Program-made: the position numbers and the translations under genes
Shown here: piece by piece, positions 1 through 7,953 of the stretch
How positions within the stretch are numbered: the stretch's first letter is position 1
Layout of the letters: every line of letters starts with the position of its first letter
The notes under the pieces: generated by a model
Seen by the model: only the letters and a program-made list of their open reading frames with translations
Told to the model about the DNA's origin: nothing
The model's database searches: none
Assembly: GCA_964591255.1 (NCBI GenBank)
Contig: CAZQAA010000211.1
Coordinates: 1 to 57,987 of the forward strand
Direction of reading: 5' to 3'
From: an uncultured Desulfobacterales bacterium
Lineage (GTDB): Bacteria; Desulfobacterota; DSM-4660; Desulfatiglandales; Desulfatiglandaceae
Length of the DNA: 57,987 bases

Positions 1-137
1 ATAAGGGTATTAAGCGTCTATTTGATGATGATATTTTATACGCGCACTTAAAAGAAAAGTCACTTAAACAGGCTGAGAAATTTAATTGGGACAAAACGGC
101 ACAGGAAACAGTTAACATATATAATTCTTTGGCATAA
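1..137 (+). CDS. 3' end of a glycosyltransferase-like gene (partial, start lies outside the window)
   Basis: Frame 3 reads KGIKRLFDDDILYAHLKEKSLKQAEKFNWDKTAQETVNIYNSLA and stops at TAA 135-137. This tail resembles GT-B family 1/4 glycosyltransferase C-termini. Only 44 codons are visible. Confidence 0.4.
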   Translation, partial: KGIKRLFDDDILYAHLKEKSLKQAEKFNWDKTAQETVNIYNSLA

Positions 138-196
138 TTATAGCTACCTTCCCTTCGAAAAACACCTTGCATTTCCGCTTTACATCAATTATGCGC

Positions 197-228
197 TGTA
201 ATACAGTGTAATACATTATAATGTATTA
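197..228 (+). promoter_or_regulatory. Operator/promoter repeats upstream of the antitoxin gene
   Basis: TGTAATACA occurs twice in tandem (197-205 and 207-215). TAATACAT/ATGTATTA forms a perfect 8-bp inverted repeat (209-216 and 221-228) that flanks and overlaps a TATAAT hexamer (217-222), just upstream of the RBS of the 239 ORF. Confidence 0.55.
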
Positions 229-238
229 GAGGTGATAC

Positions 239-457
239 ATGGGCAAAGCTATTTCTGTAAGAATCACGGATGATATTGCATCTAAACTCTCCGAAATTGC
301 TAAAGAAACAGAGAGATCCAAGTCTTTCCACGTTCAAAAGGCATTGGAAGTCTATTTGGCCGGGTTAGCAGATTTGCAGGTTGCTGTAGATCGACTGCGG
401 GATACATCTGATCCTGTTGTCACGATAGATGCAATGAGGAAAGAGCTTGAGTTATAA
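239..457 (+). CDS. Type II antitoxin, ribbon-helix-helix (CopG/RelB-like)
   Basis: The protein is 72 aa. The N-terminal KAISVRITDDIASKLSEIAKETERSKSFHVQKALEVYL fits a strand-helix-helix pattern. It overlaps the downstream toxin ORF by 11 nt. Confidence 0.7.
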   Translation: MGKAISVRITDDIASKLSEIAKETERSKSFHVQKALEVYLAGLADLQVAVDRLRDTSDPVVTIDAMRKELEL

Positions 458-686
458 AATAGCATTCAGGAAGTCTGTCTCACACGACCTTAAGAAGATG
501 GACAAGGTTCAGGCAGATAGAATTCTTAAGAAAATTGAAGAATATCTACCTGAGACAGCAGACTGTCTCCCTGTTCTGACAGGAAGGTTTACAGGAATAC
601 GGAAAGTTCGGCTTGGAGACTACATGGTCATTTTCACTATAATTGAAGATACAGCCCTTATCTTGAGGGTCAGTCATCGGCGATAG
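447..686 (+). CDS. Type II toxin, RelE/ParE family
   Basis: The protein is 79 aa with a TTG start inside the antitoxin 3' end. The C-terminal core KVRLGDYMVIFTIIEDTALILRVSHRR matches the RelE/ParE pattern (Y/F-R-hydrophobic run...V.HR). Confidence 0.7.
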   Translation: MSYKIAFRKSVSHDLKKMDKVQADRILKKIEEYLPETADCLPVLTGRFTGIRKVRLGDYMVIFTIIEDTALILRVSHRR

Positions 687-731
687 TCTTACAGATAGAA
701 ATATGACAAATTGTCCCGGAGGATTGAATGT

Positions 732-1268
732 ATGTTTAATGAAGAGCGTAATTATAACAAATTCGTATGGGAAGACTTGGGTGATCTTGTAAAAGGGAGG
801 CCCAACCTGGGCCTAGATGTTCCGGTTATGGTTTATCGATTACTCCAATATACTTTACGAGATGTGATGATAACCGAGTTGGGTGTAAGCAAAACAGATG
901 ATATTTTCATTAAGGCAGGCAGGCTTGCCGGGAGGCAATTCTGTGAGAATATGATGAATAGAGAACTCGATTTTAACGGATTTGTATCCCAGTTACAAAA
1001 AGTACTCAGAGAGCAAGCCATAGGAATTCTTCGCATTGAAAAGGCTGATTTTGAGAACATGACATTTACATTGACAGTTGCTGAGGATCTTGATTGTTCC
1101 GGCCTGCCGCCCACCGATGAGGTTGTTTGTCAATATGATGAGGGATTTATTTCCGGCATTATGGAGGCCTATACTGGAAAATCTTTCTGCACAAAGGAGA
1201 TTGACTGTTGGGCAAATGGTGACAGGTGTTGCCGTTTTGATGTAAGGCTTGATGGAGATACCGAATGA
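732..1268 (+). CDS. V4R (4-vinyl reductase-type) small-molecule-binding domain protein
   Basis: The C-terminal half, CSGLPPTDEVVCQYDEGFISGIMEAYTGKSFCTKEIDCWANGDRCCRFDV, shows the V4R signature (C...C..D.G...G....G......E..C...G...C.F). I prefer the ATG at 732 over the TTG at 711 given in the ORF track. Confidence 0.6.
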   Translation: MFNEERNYNKFVWEDLGDLVKGRPNLGLDVPVMVYRLLQYTLRDVMITELGVSKTDDIFIKAGRLAGRQFCENMMNRELDFNGFVSQLQKVLREQAIGILRIEKADFENMTFTLTVAEDLDCSGLPPTDEVVCQYDEGFISGIMEAYTGKSFCTKEIDCWANGDRCCRFDVRLDGDTE

Positions 1269-1891
1269 TAGAAAAAATTGCAGAACAGCTTGCAAGGCTC
1301 TTGCAAGGCAAAATTACTGAGAAAATTGACATTGGAAATATTACTGATGAACGTGAGCAATATCTTGCAAAATTATTGAATCAGCTTATAGACTTCATGC
1401 AGGAGGTACATGACTTCATCATTCCGTTATCAAGAGGGGAATTAGCCGAGATAAAAATTTCGCCAAAGAATTTTTTCGGATCACCTTTCAAGGAATTACA
1501 TTCCCGCTTACTTCATCTCACCTGGCAGGCAAACCAAGTAGCAAATGGTGATTTTAGTCAGCGAGTCGACTTTATGGGTGAATTCTCTGAGGCCTTTAAC
1601 TCTATGATTGTTTCTCTTGAAAATAACGAAAAACTACTAAAGAGGAAAATTGATGACCTGGAGAAAGCTCTTTCCCATATCAAAACTCTGGAAGGTATTT
1701 TGCCCATATGTGCTAACTGTAAAAAGATAAGAATTGATGGAACGGACTCAAAAAAAGAGGACAGTTGGGTGCAAATAGAGACTTATATAAGCGAAAAGAC
1801 AGAGGCCAAATTTTCACATTCCATCTGTCCGGAGTGCATGGAAAAGCTCTATCCAGACTTTAAATACAGAATAACAAAGCCCTCCACCTGA
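1265..1891 (+). CDS. Soluble HAMP-domain signalling protein with a C-terminal Cys4 (zinc-ribbon-like) module
   Basis: The start overlaps the V4R stop as ATGA. A HAMP-like segment reads LTWQANQVANGDFSQRVDFMGEFSEAFNSMIVSLE, followed by a coiled coil, then GILPICANCKKIRIDG...SWVQIETYISEKTEAKFSHSICPECMEKLYPD. I see no TM segment and no kinase, cyclase or MCP output domain. Confidence 0.6.
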   Translation: MIEKIAEQLARLLQGKITEKIDIGNITDEREQYLAKLLNQLIDFMQEVHDFIIPLSRGELAEIKISPKNFFGSPFKELHSRLLHLTWQANQVANGDFSQRVDFMGEFSEAFNSMIVSLENNEKLLKRKIDDLEKALSHIKTLEGILPICANCKKIRIDGTDSKKEDSWVQIETYISEKTEAKFSHSICPECMEKLYPDFKYRITKPST

Positions 1892-1986
1892 CAGATCGCT
1901 GTTACTACTAACATATGATTTTTGTGCAATTCATCTGTTATTAGACAAGAAACATATTTTTCGAGAATATCGTTTGGTGAGTTAAA

Positions 1987-2469
1987 ATGTATTATTTGTA
2001 TTATGTAACTCTATTTGCATTATTGGTTTCTATCATTGCGGACAGGAAAAAAACGTTTACTGCAATTAAAATATCCTGCAAGAAATTTATTAACATTATA
2101 CCTGCATTTTTAACTATGCTCATTCTTATTTCAATCGTACTTTTTTTTGTACCTGATAAGATGATTTCAGATTATCTCGGGAATAATGACAAGTTCATTG
2201 GCCTCATATTAGCTTCCGTTTTTGGCTCCGTAACATTAATGCCAGGATTTATCGCGTTTCCGCTATGCGGCCTTCTGCTAAAAAAGGGCGTGGGTTATAT
2301 GGTATTATCAGCTTTTACTACAACCTTAATGATGGTGGGTATCCTCACCTATCCGGTAGAGAAGGAGTATTTCGGAGTTAAAGTGACTATAATAAGAAAT
2401 GTAACCAGTTTTTTTATAGCAATTATTGTAGCCATATCAATCGGATTTTTCTTTGGTGAGTTATTATGA
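1987..2469 (+). CDS. Permease, N-terminal half of a split two-gene permease (DUF318/ArsP_1-like)
   Basis: The protein is 160 aa and polytopic. The segment ASVFGSVTLMPGFIAFPLCGLLLKKGVGYMVLSAF resembles the conserved loop of COG0701-type permeases. It overlaps the next gene by 4 nt. Confidence 0.45.
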   Translation: MYYLYYVTLFALLVSIIADRKKTFTAIKISCKKFINIIPAFLTMLILISIVLFFVPDKMISDYLGNNDKFIGLILASVFGSVTLMPGFIAFPLCGLLLKKGVGYMVLSAFTTTLMMVGILTYPVEKEYFGVKVTIIRNVTSFFIAIIVAISIGFFFGELL

Positions 2470-2993
2470 AAGTGAAAAGCGGGCGGCTTAAAGTATTGGC
2501 CGGAGCAATCTATTTTCTATTTATTGTTATTTCTTTTGTGACCGGGTTTAAACCAGGAAGGCAAATAGGAGACAATTTCATTTCCTTTTCCATTGAGATG
2601 TTGAAGATTTTACCTTGTGCTTTCATTCTGATTGGTCTGTTTGAAGTGTGGATAAAAAAGGAAAGTGTTGAAAAACATTTGGGAAAAGACTCAGGTGCTA
2701 TGGGCCATGTCTGGGTTGTACTTCTTGCAGGAACTACTGTTGGAGGATTATATGTAGCTTTTCCTGTTGCTTATTCCTTGTTTAAAAAAGGGGCGAAACT
2801 TTCTGTTATTTTCACATATATTGGTGCTTCTGCAATTTGCAGAATCCCGATGACAATCTTTGAATCTTCATTCATGGGGATAAAATTCAGTTTGATAAGA
2901 CTGGTTGTTTCTATACCGTTGGTGATTTTAAGCTCTATATGGCTGGGGAATTATCTTGAAGATAGAAATTATAAAGTAATGGAAGGAAAATAG
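2466..2993 (+). CDS. Permease, second half of the split two-gene permease
   Basis: The protein is 175 aa and polytopic. It is translationally coupled to the previous ORF (ATGA at 2466-2469). This architecture is like the two-subunit permease complexes annotated in Firmicutes. Confidence 0.45.
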   Translation: MKVKSGRLKVLAGAIYFLFIVISFVTGFKPGRQIGDNFISFSIEMLKILPCAFILIGLFEVWIKKESVEKHLGKDSGAMGHVWVVLLAGTTVGGLYVAFPVAYSLFKKGAKLSVIFTYIGASAICRIPMTIFESSFMGIKFSLIRLVVSIPLVILSSIWLGNYLEDRNYKVMEGK

Positions 2994-3219
2994 AGGGCCT
3001 ACAAATCGCTGCATCCCTACAAAGAAATGACCAAGGGCTATATAAGATCTCCTGGTGTCAATTAGGTAAAAAAAGCCGCTTTTTGGAAAAACCTGCCATT
3101 TTTCTTATTGTACTTGGCTGGAATGTCATCTATATATTATTTGCACATATGACCCAATGGCAAAGAATTTACTGCTAAAATTATGATTTGGTGACTTTCT
3201 TCTGGCGCATCTTTCATTC

Positions 3220-3235
3220 TGGCATTTACTTTGCA
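3220..3235 (+). promoter_or_regulatory. Sigma-54 (RpoN) -24/-12 promoter candidate
   Basis: The site is TGGCATTTACTTTGCA, with GG and GC separated by exactly 10 nt. It matches 10 of 12 defined positions of TGGCACG-N4-TTGCA. It lies about 35 nt upstream of the ATG at 3271, which is preceded by the RBS GAGAGGAG. Confidence 0.55.
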
Positions 3236-3270
3236 TCATTTATGGAAGAAAAACCAGAGAGGAGTTAGAT

Positions 3271-5082
3271 ATGAGAAGATCAGGAAAAATTTTCAATGTG
3301 TTCGCACTCTCCACCTTTTTTTTAAGCCTTGCGGTGTTCTGTGCTGACTCTGTTCAGGCGGATATATCTGGGCCTGATTCCGTTTTGCATGCCCCTGTGA
3401 TTTCCTCCCCTGGACTGCAGAATGCCACTCCGGAAATGAAGGCAAGAATTGATGTCAGCAAGGCATTGAGGTTTCCCCACAGGGAAGGGGAAGTCCTGGT
3501 TAAATTTAAAAAGGGCGTGAGCACTGATTATGCCATGGATATTGCGAATTCTCACTCCATGTCCATCAAGACACGATTTCATGTCCTTTCCCGTGATATC
3601 AACCAGGGATTTATGTTGATGAAATCCTCCGAGAATACGGCAGAAATGATCAGCAGGCTCAAAAACGATCCCAATGTTGAGGCAGTATCTCCGAACTACA
3701 GGCGACAGTTGACCAAAATTCCAAATGATCCATTTTTTGATGAATTATGGGGTCTTTATAATAATGGCCAGCAGGTGGAGGGATCTACGGGACTTCCTGG
3801 GATAGATATTTCCGCCATGGATGCCTGGGAGGTAAATACGGGATCAAAGGATGTCATAGTGGCAGATCTGGATACGGGAGTAGATTATACCCATGAGGAT
3901 CTGCAACCCAATATATGGGTGAACCCCAGGGAGATCCCTAATGATGGGATAGATAATGATGGAAATGGTTATGTGGATGACGTTTATGGCTATGATTTTG
4001 CCGGCAATAATGAAGGGGACAATGATCCAGATCCCATGGACATACATGGGCATGGGACCCATACATCAGGGACTATTGCTGCGGCCGGAAATAATGGCAT
4101 AGGGATTACCGGCGTAAACTGGAGGGCCAAGATCATGGTCCTTAAGGGTTTCAGGCCGGATATGGGTTTGTATGATTCAGACGCCATTGAGGCCATAGAA
4201 TATGCCATAATGATGAAAAAGGAATATGGGTACAATATTGTTGCAATAAATGCATCATGGGGTGGCGGAGGAAATGATGATCTGTTGAAGGAGGCCATTG
4301 AAAAGGCTGGCCAGGCAGGGATCATTTTTTGTGCCGCTGCTGGAAATGATGGAACAGATAATGACAGTGATCCCCAGTATCCCTGTTGCTATGACCTGCC
4401 AAATATCATAAGTGTAGCCGCAGTAGATCAGGAAGGCTATCTGGCGTCATGGTCCAATTATGGCACATGGAGCACCCATATTGCCGCTCCTGGTGTCAAT
4501 ATATTAAGCACCCTTCCGGGCAATAATTACGACTACTGGGATGGAACCTCCATGGCTACTCCTCATGTTACCGGGGCAATTGCCCTTATAGCGTCCAGGT
4601 TTCCCGGGGAAAATGCCCTTGAGTGGAAGGCACGTCTCTATGTTTCTGCAAGGCCCATATCAAATTTGGACATGAAGGTTGCCACAGGTGGCATGGTGGA
4701 CCTGTATTCTGCCTTAACAACCGGTAACAGGCCTGCCATCTTTTCCATATCCCCCAGAAAGGTGCAGGAAGGTCAATCCTTAACGATAACTGGCTATGGT
4801 TTCGGCAATTCCGGGGATGCAGGCATTGTTGTTTTTCCGCCCGATATGGAAGCAGAAATAATATCCTGGGAAAATGAGAAGATCCAGTGCAATATCCCTG
4901 AAGGGATGGAGAATGGAAAGCTCTACGTGGAGGTAAACGGACTAGGCAGGAGCAACGGTCTCTATGTAGAGCTTGAGCAGTCGGGTATGTCTCCAATATG
5001 GTCGGGATTTCCCGGTCTGGGCTTCTTTTCTCCTCCGGGGGCAGGTGGCGGCACACCTGTTCCTCCAGGCAGGGGAAGGTAG
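3271..5082 (+). CDS. Secreted subtilisin-like serine protease (peptidase S8) with I9 propeptide and C-terminal IPT/TIG-like domain
   Basis: A signal peptide is present (FALSTFFLSLAVFCADSVQA). The catalytic motifs are VADLDTGVD (Asp), HGHGTHTSG (His), AAGNDG (Asn) and GTSMATPHVTG (Ser). An Asp-rich Ca-binding-like insert reads NDGIDNDGNGYVDD. The C-terminal beta-sandwich-like segment reads SLTITGYGFG...KLYVEVNG. Confidence 0.85.
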   Translation: MRRSGKIFNVFALSTFFLSLAVFCADSVQADISGPDSVLHAPVISSPGLQNATPEMKARIDVSKALRFPHREGEVLVKFKKGVSTDYAMDIANSHSMSIKTRFHVLSRDINQGFMLMKSSENTAEMISRLKNDPNVEAVSPNYRRQLTKIPNDPFFDELWGLYNNGQQVEGSTGLPGIDISAMDAWEVNTGSKDVIVADLDTGVDYTHEDLQPNIWVNPREIPNDGIDNDGNGYVDDVYGYDFAGNNEGDNDPDPMDIHGHGTHTSGTIAAAGNNGIGITGVNWRAKIMVLKGFRPDMGLYDSDAIEAIEYAIMMKKEYGYNIVAINASWGGGGNDDLLKEAIEKAGQAGIIFCAAAGNDGTDNDSDPQYPCCYDLPNIISVAAVDQEGYLASWSNYGTWSTHIAAPGVNILSTLPGNNYDYWDGTSMATPHVTGAIALIASRFPGENALEWKARLYVSARPISNLDMKVATGGMVDLYSALTTGNRPAIFSISPRKVQEGQSLTITGYGFGNSGDAGIVVFPPDMEAEIISWENEKIQCNIPEGMENGKLYVEVNGLGRSNGLYVELEQSGMSPIWSGFPGLGFFSPPGAGGGTPVPPGRGR

Positions 5083-5106
5083 TGGATGAAAAGCGGGGAA
5101 TAAGGA

Positions 5107-6399
5107 TTAACCATAAAGTCGTGAGCAGATAAACACGGCGGCTATTATTCCTGCCAGGTCTGCTGTCAGGGCTGCTGCCATGGCGTGGCGTATGCGGCGG
5201 ACTCTGACAGCGCCGAAATAGACTGCAAGGACATAAAAGGTGGTCTCAGTGGATCCCTGGAGTGTTGAGACCAGGTATCCGGTGTAGCTGTCCGGACCAA
5301 TGGCCGGGTTGTTGATAATAGAGGCCATGATCCCGTATGCCCCGGATCCGGAAAGGGGACGCAGGATGGCCATGGGCAGGGCTTCAGGCGGCATGCCCAC
5401 TCTTTGTGTCCATACCCCTAATATATTGACCATTGTCTCCATGGCCCCGCTGGCCCGGAACATCCCCACTACCACAAGAATGGCCACCAGATAGGGAATG
5501 ATTTTCACGGCCACCTGGAACCCCTCCTTGGCGCCGTCTACAAATACCTCATAGACGCGAACCTTTTTTGCCACACCAAAGGCGAGAAATCCCAACATTA
5601 GGCCCGGGATTATCCATGGGGATATGGCTTTGCCGTACAAGATGGTCAGGGGTATAATGGACATCAAGGCACACAGTGCCATTGCGCTCACCCATACCGG
5701 ATACCCCTTTTCAGATCCAACATCCGGCCCGTTTTTGTCTGAAGGATCTGCATCAATTGCTTCAGGGGATTCTTTCTCCTCTGGACGTGTCCCCCGGGCA
5801 AATCGTGCGTATGCCTTGGCCGCTAATATGGCAATAATAGTTGAGCAGGCGGTAGCAAAAAGGGTGGTGGGAAGGATCCCGGCAGGATCTGCTGACCCTG
5901 CCGCAGCCCTGAGGGCAATGACTCCTGTGGGCAACAGGGTCACACTGGACGTATTGATGGCAAGGAACAGGACCATGGAATCAGTAGCCGTCCCGGGCTG
6001 TGAATTCAGTTTGTCAAGCTCCTGCATTGCCCTGATGCCGAAAGGTGTGGCTGCGTTTCCCAGGCCCATGGCATTGGCCGACATATTCAGGATCATACTT
6101 CCCATTGCCGGATGATCCGGTGGTATATCGGGAAAGAGCCGGATCATCAGGGGACGTATAAGACGCGCAAGCAGTGTGAGCATGCCACCTGCCTCAGCCA
6201 CCTTCATCAAACCCAGAAATAGTGTCATAACGCCTATAAGACCGAGGGCCAGTTCAACAGAACCTGAGGCGGAATCCACCATGGCCTTGGAAAGGGCTTC
6301 CATGGGCGAGGGTTCACCTTTTAAAGGCAGCCAGATTAGTTGACGCCATCCGGCTGACAAGAAGGCGATCATGGCTATCATGAAAAAGACCAGATTCAC
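5107..6399 (-). CDS. Nucleoside-recognition (Gate) domain membrane protein, fused SpmA/SpmB-like
   Basis: The protein is 430 aa and polytopic. The first half resembles SpmA (NMSANAMGLGNAATPFGIRAMQEL). The second half resembles SpmB (ILRPLSGSGAYGIM...LQGSTETTFYVLAVYFG). Confidence 0.6.
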   Translation of the reverse strand: MNLVFFMIAMIAFLSAGWRQLIWLPLKGEPSPMEALSKAMVDSASGSVELALGLIGVMTLFLGLMKVAEAGGMLTLLARLIRPLMIRLFPDIPPDHPAMGSMILNMSANAMGLGNAATPFGIRAMQELDKLNSQPGTATDSMVLFLAINTSSVTLLPTGVIALRAAAGSADPAGILPTTLFATACSTIIAILAAKAYARFARGTRPEEKESPEAIDADPSDKNGPDVGSEKGYPVWVSAMALCALMSIIPLTILYGKAISPWIIPGLMLGFLAFGVAKKVRVYEVFVDGAKEGFQVAVKIIPYLVAILVVVGMFRASGAMETMVNILGVWTQRVGMPPEALPMAILRPLSGSGAYGIMASIINNPAIGPDSYTGYLVSTLQGSTETTFYVLAVYFGAVRVRRIRHAMAAALTADLAGIIAAVFICSRLYG

Positions 6400-6429
6400 A
6401 TCCTGTCCCCTTTTTCGGTCTGTTATTAG

Positions 6430-7275
6430 CTACGTCGCTACTTCACACAAAATTTTGACAATCCTCGGCGTGATATATTCTGCAATATCGAAACGGGAGC
6501 CTCCACCCAGGCCCACAATGTATCGCCCATGGCAAACCTCATCAGCAAGATCCTTGACCTCCCTGACCAGCCGGGGGAAAAAATCCCGGGTTACGCCACG
6601 GTCTCCATAGTCTCCTCTGGCACAGTCGTGGCCAAGTATATGGAAAATAATATCGGGCTTGAATTTCATAACCCGCGGATGAAAATTCCTTCTTACCTTT
6701 TCAAGATAGGCGTTGTCGGTTGTATGCCACCCCACGTCCACGTCTATCTTTGTCCCATCGTCTTCAATGAGATCAGAACTGCAAAAACATACATGGAGGA
6801 CTTCCTTGTCGTTCATAAACAGGGCCCTTGTGCCGTCTCCATGGTGGGAATCGGTGTCAAGGATGGCAAAGCGCCTTACCTTATACCTCTCCCGCATATA
6901 CACCACCATAGGCCCTGTTCCCGATACTGTACATCCTCCCCAGGCATGGGTCGGGCCGGCGTGGTGGCAGCAGGTCAAGGTCAGAAAGGCATTGTCTATT
7001 TCACCTGTCCATATTTTTTCAGCAGATTTTACACATCCATCGGCAACCCTTATTCCTGCCTCATAGTTGTGATAGGACTTAACCTCCTCCAGCATTTCCT
7101 TTGAATGGACTTTAAGAAGTAAATCTTCGCTTATCGGCACTTCCTCATATGTGACTATGTTAGGCAGGCTCGACAATTCCTCAATCACGTTCCGGAAATT
7201 CTGCAGTTTATCCATTATGATATCCCACGAATGCAGGGAAAGGACCTCGTGATGAAATATACCTGTTTTTTTCAT
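6430..7275 (-). CDS. Histone-deacetylase/acetoin-utilisation (arginase-deacetylase fold) family protein, short form
   Basis: It carries the HHA motif (CCHHAGP), the metal-ligand motif AILDTDSHHGDGT and the later GHDCARGD motif. It is 281 aa. Confidence 0.6.
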   Translation of the reverse strand: MKKTGIFHHEVLSLHSWDIIMDKLQNFRNVIEELSSLPNIVTYEEVPISEDLLLKVHSKEMLEEVKSYHNYEAGIRVADGCVKSAEKIWTGEIDNAFLTLTCCHHAGPTHAWGGCTVSGTGPMVVYMRERYKVRRFAILDTDSHHGDGTRALFMNDKEVLHVCFCSSDLIEDDGTKIDVDVGWHTTDNAYLEKVRRNFHPRVMKFKPDIIFHILGHDCARGDYGDRGVTRDFFPRLVREVKDLADEVCHGRYIVGLGGGSRFDIAEYITPRIVKILCEVAT

Positions 7276-7520
7276 AAGCTTGATCCGACTGTATCTCCCT
7301 TGTGTTTTGGCTCACAAATAGAAGCAGGCCTTGGTGACATAGCCAGCGAATTTCAATACAGATAACTCACTATAATAGACATAATTAACCGAAAAGGATG
7401 TATCGGTCAAGAAAGTTTTCCTGCTATTTTCAACAGTTATAAAACAAGGAGATATCAAGGCTCAACAATAGACGGCTTATGGGATATCAGCCCGATCCTG
7501 ATGCTGAGATTACAAGTTTA

Positions 7521-7550
7521 TTGACTGATGGAATAACTATGGTTTAAAAT
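7521..7550 (+). promoter_or_regulatory. Sigma-70-type promoter candidate
   Basis: TTGACT (7521-7526), an 18-nt spacer, then TAAAAT (7545-7550). It lies about 34 nt upstream of the 7584 start. Confidence 0.35.
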
Positions 7551-7583
7551 ATTAAGGAAAAGACGTAATTATGAGGTGAAGAC

Positions 7584-7793
7584 ATGCCAATTTATGAATT
7601 CAAGTGTCTTAACTGTGGTACAGAGTTTGAAAAAATAGTTTTTTCAACCGATCAAAAGCCTGTAGGCTGTCCAAAATGCAACGAGACCAAGGTAGAGCAG
7701 CTCATGTCGGTTTGTTTTTCCGGCAAGACAACCCCTGAACTTGGTACATCATCTATGTCCTCATGCGCCACATCACCTGGAGGCTTCACCTGA
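7584..7793 (+). CDS. FmdB-family zinc-ribbon protein (CxxC...CxxC)
   Basis: MPIYEFKCLNCGTEFE...CPKCN is the hallmark N-terminus of the FmdB/CxxC_CxxC_SSSS family. The tail is Ser/Thr-rich. Confidence 0.7.
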   Translation: MPIYEFKCLNCGTEFEKIVFSTDQKPVGCPKCNETKVEQLMSVCFSGKTTPELGTSSMSSCATSPGGFT

Positions 7794-7953
7794 GCATAGA
7801 GGTCTTCAGCCGTCGGCTGGGGAAAAAAAAGAAGCTCACAGCCTGAAGGGAAGCGTGACGTATGCATGCATTCCTAACCCTTCATGATGCCCTTTTTCAT
7901 TTTTCAGGGCACCCAACTCTGCTAATGATCTAAAAAATATGAGGAGGAGAATC

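Noticed and set aside
7521-7531. A shared 10-mer, TTGACTGATG, at 7521 and at 43494, which could have been a repeated element.
   Set aside because: The similarity does not extend beyond 10 nt on either side, so it is most likely coincidence.
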